DNA of 64,000 nt, from assembly GCA_964016885.1 (NCBI GenBank), contig OZ024741.1, positions 56,172,001 to 56,236,000 on the forward strand. The letters are read 5' to 3'. This stretch comes from Eledone cirrhosa (Eukaryota). Under the pieces are notes generated by a model. That model saw only the letters and a list, made by a program, of their open reading frames with translations. It did no database searches and had not been told where the DNA came from. The position numbers and the translations under genes were made by a program. Of this stretch, positions 58,560 through 64,000 are shown piece by piece. Position 1 is the stretch's first letter. The number at the start of each line of letters is the position of its first letter.

Positions 58560-59870
58560 AAAATAATAATGATTTCTTTATTAACAACATAAGGTTACAA
58601 TGAGAAAAACATTAAGAATGGTACAGGACATAACATTGAGTGTGTTGGTGTTGGTGTTTGGGTTTTGTATATAAACAGGTTTAATAATGATAAATGGGAG
58701 GTAAGAATAACATTTTAACAATGAGTATTCCTCAATAGGAAGATGTCCAAGGGCTACTTGTGGACCCCCTCACCCCCCAAAAAAACCCATGGTTGTTCTG
58801 ATCGTTCAGGCAAGTGCCCTCTCTCCCTCTCCCAGTTCTTCAGCTCAAGTGAAACTTGAAAAAGTTGAGAGTTTGTCTTCAGCCCCTTCAATCGCAACCA
58901 CCATACAAGCTCCGTCACCATAGCCACCAGACATGAAAACTACTTGCCCTTCCTGGTTAAAGGGAGGTGGTAGGTTGATCTTCACAATGGATTCAGTTGA
59001 TTACTGGTTCTGTCCTATATGTGACAGCAGATGTTCGACATAAACCCACAGGTCAGCAAAGCTCAGTCACTGAATGGGTGCGTGTAGGATGGTTTCATTG
59101 TCCAGCACATATTGGACATGCTCTGCTAACAGCACTTCCATGACTGTAGAGTTTTTTTAAATTGGTAAAGCTCCTTGGTAGCACTGCCAGGCCAGGGATT
59201 TCTGAAAGTTATCCATCGGCCCTGAACCATAAGTCCTCAGGAAAAGATGGTTAGTTTATTTTCATCGAAGCCCAGAGTTTCCACAAGAACATCGTTGTTT
59301 TTACCTGCCACTAACCCTCCAAAGAACGTCAGCATGGAGTTTACACTAGTTGCACTGCCAAATTGGTAGAGGGCTGTGAGCGCTTGAAGACATTCCAGTT
59401 CCAAGCACTCTTTCATGGTCTTCGCTTGACCCAAGACTGCAGCACCATCAAGGAGATGAACTGGGAAAAGATATGTCTAGTGAATGGCAACCACACCTGT
59501 TCACTGTTAAAGAAAAGATGGAGATGTCGTAGCCTCAGCACATCATCAGTCACGGCATTTCCAGTCCTCCAAGCAGTGCATGTTGACAACAGACGGACTG
59601 CCTGATCATCAGAACACGTCCCTTCCACAAGAAACGAAAGAGCAAACGCTCCATTGCAATCAGACAGGGCTTAGGAAAAGGCATGCCGTTCATAGACGAC
59701 AGACACGATCAACCTTTCTGTGTAAGAGTGGCCACCATGTTCATCATCTCATCCTAGTTTTTGTCCATCTGGAGGTCTGGAACAAACCAGACACCGATGA
59801 CGCTGTTGGATGGCATGGACCTGCCTTCGCAGGTGCCCGAGCTGCAGGCCAACTGACTTTTCTTAGTTAA
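58560..59870 (-). mobile_element. L1/Tx1-like LINE 3' fragment (zf-RVT region)
   Basis: MDNFQKSLAWQCYQGALPI, CPIC...ETILHA CCHC remnant; 3' end aataaagaaatcattattatt, with a similar end at 14085-14150. Confidence 0.65.
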
Positions 59871-60178
59871 TTTTTGCTCCTATATTCATCATCACCGTTT
59901 TACGTCCGTTCTTCCACGCTAGCATGGGTTAGACGGGTTGTCCTGTTGTGTGCAGTGTCTGGTCGGCTGACCATGCCTTGCTCATACAGGAACTGATCTG
60001 GCTTGATTTCTACAGCTGGATGCCCTTCCTAACACCAACCTCATTTACAGTGAGTGCTGGGTGCTTTTTCGTGGCGCCTACACGTCCACTTTACAGTGTG
60101 GGCTGGGTGCTTTTTTGCCGTGGCACCTCCACGACCACCTTGCGGTGGGAAGGTGTGGGGGCATATTGTTTATATGCT

Positions 60179-61807
60179 TCAGCATGTACCCATGGGAGGT
60201 CGGGTACTCTGTATTACTGCGTGACGCCAGAAGTCACGGTCGTGTGTCATTGTCTTTGAGAGGTGTAATTGGGTAAGGTCGGCTTTTATCACCTCATCCC
60301 AGGTCATCTTGGGTCTCCCCACTCCGCGGTTTCCATCAACTTCTAGTGCTCTGCACCTTTTTATGCAGCTGTCATCCTTCATACGCATCACATGTCCATA
60401 CCAGTGCAACCGCCTCTCCTGCACACAGCATTTGATTCCTCTTATGCTCAGTCTCTCTCTCAATTCATTTATGCTTTGTCGTTCACGTATATTACTGTTA
60501 CACATCCATCGGAGCATGCAGGCTTCGTTTCTCTCTAATCTACGTAAGTCTTCCACCTTCAGCGCCCAGGTCTCACTACCATGCAACATCGCTGTTCGGA
60601 TACACACATCATACAATCTGCCTTTCATTCTGAGGGAGAAGCCTTTTGCAGCTAGCAGTGGCAGTAGTTCCCTAAACTTCTTCCATCCCGTTCTTACCCT
60701 AGTTATTGTACTTTCTGAACACCCACCTCCGTTGCTAATTCGGTCACCGAGGTAGCAGAAGCTGTCTACTGTTTCTACAGGGCCCTCCCAGAGATTGGTG
60801 GTACTTGTTTCCTGTGGCTGTTTGCTGCTTGCTGTTTCAGCACAGCTGCTGCATGTGAATCCTACATTCTTAATTAAGCTTCCTAAGATCCCGCTAGATC
60901 TCTTGTGTACCCATTGTTTGCATTTGGGGCAGAGAATGGAGTTCCTACCTACACCTTTTCTATATACTGAGCAAGGCCATTTCCCTGAGGGGATCTGGGT
61001 TCTGTTTTCTCGTCTACTTACAAGGACCTTAGTCTTTGTCATGTTGACTTTGAGACCCTTTCTTTCTAGTCCCTGCTTCCAGGTTTGGAATTTATTCTCT
61101 AGTTCTACCATAGATTCAGCTATGAGTGCGAGGTCATCAGCATACAGGAGTTCCCATGGACATCCGGTCTTAAACTCCTCCGTTATTGCCTGCAGGACTA
61201 TGATGAACAGGAGAGGGCTAAGAACAGAGCCTTGGTGGACCCCAACCTGTACGCTAAATTCCTCGCTATACTCATTGCTAATCCTAACTTTGCTGACTGC
61301 TCCCCTATACATGGCTTGTACCGCTTTCACAAGCCATTCATCTACTCCTAGTTTTCTAAGAGCCCACCAGATTACAACACGTGGAACTCTGTCAAAGGCT
61401 TTCTCAAGGTCGACAAATGCCAAGTAGAGTGGCTTACTTTTAGCTAGGTACTTTTCCTGTAATTGCCTCACAAGGAAGAGGGCATCAGTGGTGCCTCTTC
61501 CTGGTACAAACCCAAATTGCATCTCGTCTATTTTCACCCGGTCCCTAATCAGCTGTGCTATAACTCTTTCTGTTACTTTCATGACCTGGTCCATCAACTT
61601 TATACCTCTATAGTTTCCTCTATCTAGTGCATCGCCTTTACCTTTGTAGCAGTTGACAATGATGCTACTGCACCAATCTTTTGGTATGGCCCCTTCTAGT
61701 ATTACCTGGTTAACGATACGTGTGGTTATAGTGTGACCTACAGACCCAGATGCCTTCAGCATCTCGGCAGCTATACCCGATGGACCGGTTGCCTTCCCCA
61801 TCTTCAT
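60179..61807 (-). pseudogene. RTE reverse transcriptase ORF (542 aa) with degenerate PHD-like finger
   Basis: NYRGIKL, AFVDLEKAFDRV, GVHQGSVLSP, YADD, FCYLG; two Cys ligands changed (CSVY, HKRS). Confidence 0.85.
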
Positions 61808-62171
61808 ATCTTTGATTGCCTTACTACGCTGCTGCTGGTCCCTCTATAGGGTCTACTTGGGGTAGGGTCTCTTCTTCCCATGCATTCTCCTCATTTAGTA
61901 AACTATCATAATGACTCTTCCATGCATCTTTCTTCTCAGCACTTGTGAGGGCAAGCTCACCTTTATCATTCCGGATACACTTCTCTCCAATGACATCACA
62001 ACTATCTCTGACACACTGCCTCGCAATCTTGAATACCTCCTGTTTCTGGTCCCCACGTTGTAAAACATGCTTGAATTTTCTATCCTCTGCTTCCCTCCTA
62101 GCTAAGTATACTTGTCGCCTAGCTTCCCTCTTGGTCTCTATGTAATGTACCCTGCTCCCCCCATTCTTCCA

Positions 62172-63284
62172 TTATTTCCATGCCTGTCTCTTGGCCTTAA
62201 CTGCTTCATCTACCTTATTGTTCCACCACCAAGTCACTCTCCTCCTGCTTGAGGTCTTACTCCAGCCACAGACCTCATCCGTCGCCTCTAGTAAGTTATT
62301 TTTTAGGAACTCCCAGTTCTCTTCTACGTTAAATGTCTCTATCTGTTCTTCTTTACTGTCGTAGGCGTTGAGTAAAATATCTTTAAATCTGTTACTGGTT
62401 GAGGGGACTTTCAGCTTCCAGATCTTTCTTCTCCAGGTTGGCCTCTGTTTCCGGGTTCGTCTAGTTCTGACCGTGAGGTCGCTGACAACTAAGCTATGTT
62501 GGGATGTACATTCCTCACTAGGCAAGGCTTTTGTGTTTACGACCGTCCATCTGTCACGTCCTCTGATGAGGATAAAATCTAACTGACTAGAGTGCTCCCC
62601 TGATCTATAGGTGATCAGGTGGTTGTCGGGTTTTTTAAAGTTTGTGTTACATATCGACATGTCATTGGCGTCGCAGAATTCTAGAAGTCTGAATCCTTCC
62701 TCATTCCTTGTGCCTACTCCATGGCCTCCATGTACTCTATTGAAGCCGTCGCAGTGTTTACCTACGTGTCCGTTAAAATCTCCTGCGATGATTAGGAAGT
62801 CCTTGTCGTCTGTTAGAGCAGTAGTGTGTATTAGGGACTTGTAAAACCTATCCTTAAGTTCGTCTGGCAGCCCCGATTGGGGTGCGTAAGCTGATATTAT
62901 TGTGGTAATTGTCTTATTCAGGACTAGTCTGAGTTTAATGATTCTTGCATTTACCCTGTACACTGAGATTACTTTATCTACCCACTTGTCAGCTAATAGT
63001 ATACCTACACCACCCATCCCATCGTCATTTCCCACCCAGAAAAATTTGTAGCACTGGCTTTTTCCTACAAGGACTCTAGCAGACTCTCCTCTCCATCTAG
63101 TCTCTTGCACACAGCATACATCAACTTCCTTTCGCTCTAGCATGTCTACGATTTCTCCTGCTCTTCTTTTCATTGAGCCTACATTGATGGTACCAACTCG
63201 GAGTTTTGGGCATTTGTCGACACTCGTAGGGGAGGGTCTCTGGGTTGGCGCTTCACATGGGTGCTTGGTAGCTCGCAGATTCAT
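62172..63284 (-). pseudogene. RTE APE-type endonuclease ORF (370 aa), premature stop
   Basis: GTINVG, VQETRW, SAYAPQ, GDFNGH, SQLDFIL, SQHSLV; TAA where the sister copy has GAA. Confidence 0.85.
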
Positions 63285-64000
63285 ATTTCATCTATTGATT
63301 CAGAGTTGCTCAAATGTATTCTCAGCTCATCCATCCATAACGGTGGGAAAATTGAGGGCTAGAAGAACAGTGGTGGTGGGGTAATGGCAGGGTGTGTTGG
63401 GCTGCGCCAGAGGAGGAGAGAGTTAGTTAGGTAGGTAGTAGTAGCAGCAGCAGTGGAAATGGCATGCTGAGGTTTGATTGGTCGAATAGGCTATGGTGGT
63501 GTGTGGGGGGGAAATCGTGAGGTAGGCACTGAGGGTCGCATGGTAAATAACCGAGAGAGATACAATAGAATTAGAATACCGCATGGTAAATATCCGAAGT
63601 TAATACACCAGTAATATTAACAATAATAACGTCATAAAAACTAAGAAACCTTCGAAAATTTATCGATAATACAGCAGGAAAACAGCAGTAATATTAACAA
63701 TAATAACGTCATAAAGACTAAGATACCTTTCATTATGAAAATGAAAACATTAATAATTCATTGAATATCCCTAACCAGCAAATATGAATTAGAAGGGATT
63801 GGGAATTGTGCAAATCAATAATTAAATGTCTATGTAAGTTGTTGTTTAGCCCCAGATCTGCTCTTATTGAGCAAAATCATTCTTGCCATGATCATCTTGT
63901 GTCTTTTTTTCAAGGCAACATATATCTTTATTACGAAATGTAGTTTTAGGTATGATTTCTACGGTGGTTTTAAGGAAATTTGGCTGCTATTTCTAGCAGG

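Larger units (their letters stand above)
59887..63730 (-). mobile_element. RTE-clade LINE, subfamily B, near full-length (one nonsense codon, one deletion frameshift)
   Basis: APE ORF 63284-62172 and RT ORF 61807-60179; 5'UTR with short tandem duplications 63537-63727. 5' boundary approximate. Confidence 0.93.

Noticed and set aside
60309-61427. Long + strand ORFs (148 and 210 aa) and equivalents opposite the other LINEs
   Set aside because: Antisense shadows of RT coding sequence with no independent motifs.

Overview
AT-rich, microsatellite-rich animal genomic DNA. The SINE/LINE content resembles a coleoid cephalopod such as Octopus (inference, no search run). The minus strand carries the 3' part of TRRAP, the PIKK pseudokinase scaffold of SAGA/TIP60. 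I read 30 GT-AG exons by hand from 58540 down to the TGA at 11581. They join in one frame (4389 nt, 1462 aa: FAT, pseudokinase, FATC ...DPAWHPWL*); the 5' part of the gene lies beyond the window. The introns hold four large RTE-clade LINE copies in two subfamilies, whose RT carries an inserted C4HC3 PHD-like finger. They also hold two CR1 3' fragments, an L1/Tx1-like 3' fragment, a decayed piggyBac, TTAA MITEs, a deleted Tc1/mariner and many tRNA-derived SINEs. The last exons of an unidentified convergent + strand gene may lie at 1-2331. No prokaryotic system or CRISPR array is present, and I cannot claim a proven new system. The best leads are: (1) three inverted TE pairs bracketing TRRAP exon blocks, two of them frame-preserving (dsRNA/editing/circRNA architecture); (2) a symmetric S/T-P-rich TRRAP exon within a ~110-aa disordered insert; (3) a Penelope-type hammerhead palindrome and other (TA)n-flanked fold-backs; (4) the PHD finger and a conserved CCAAT block in the RTE elements.
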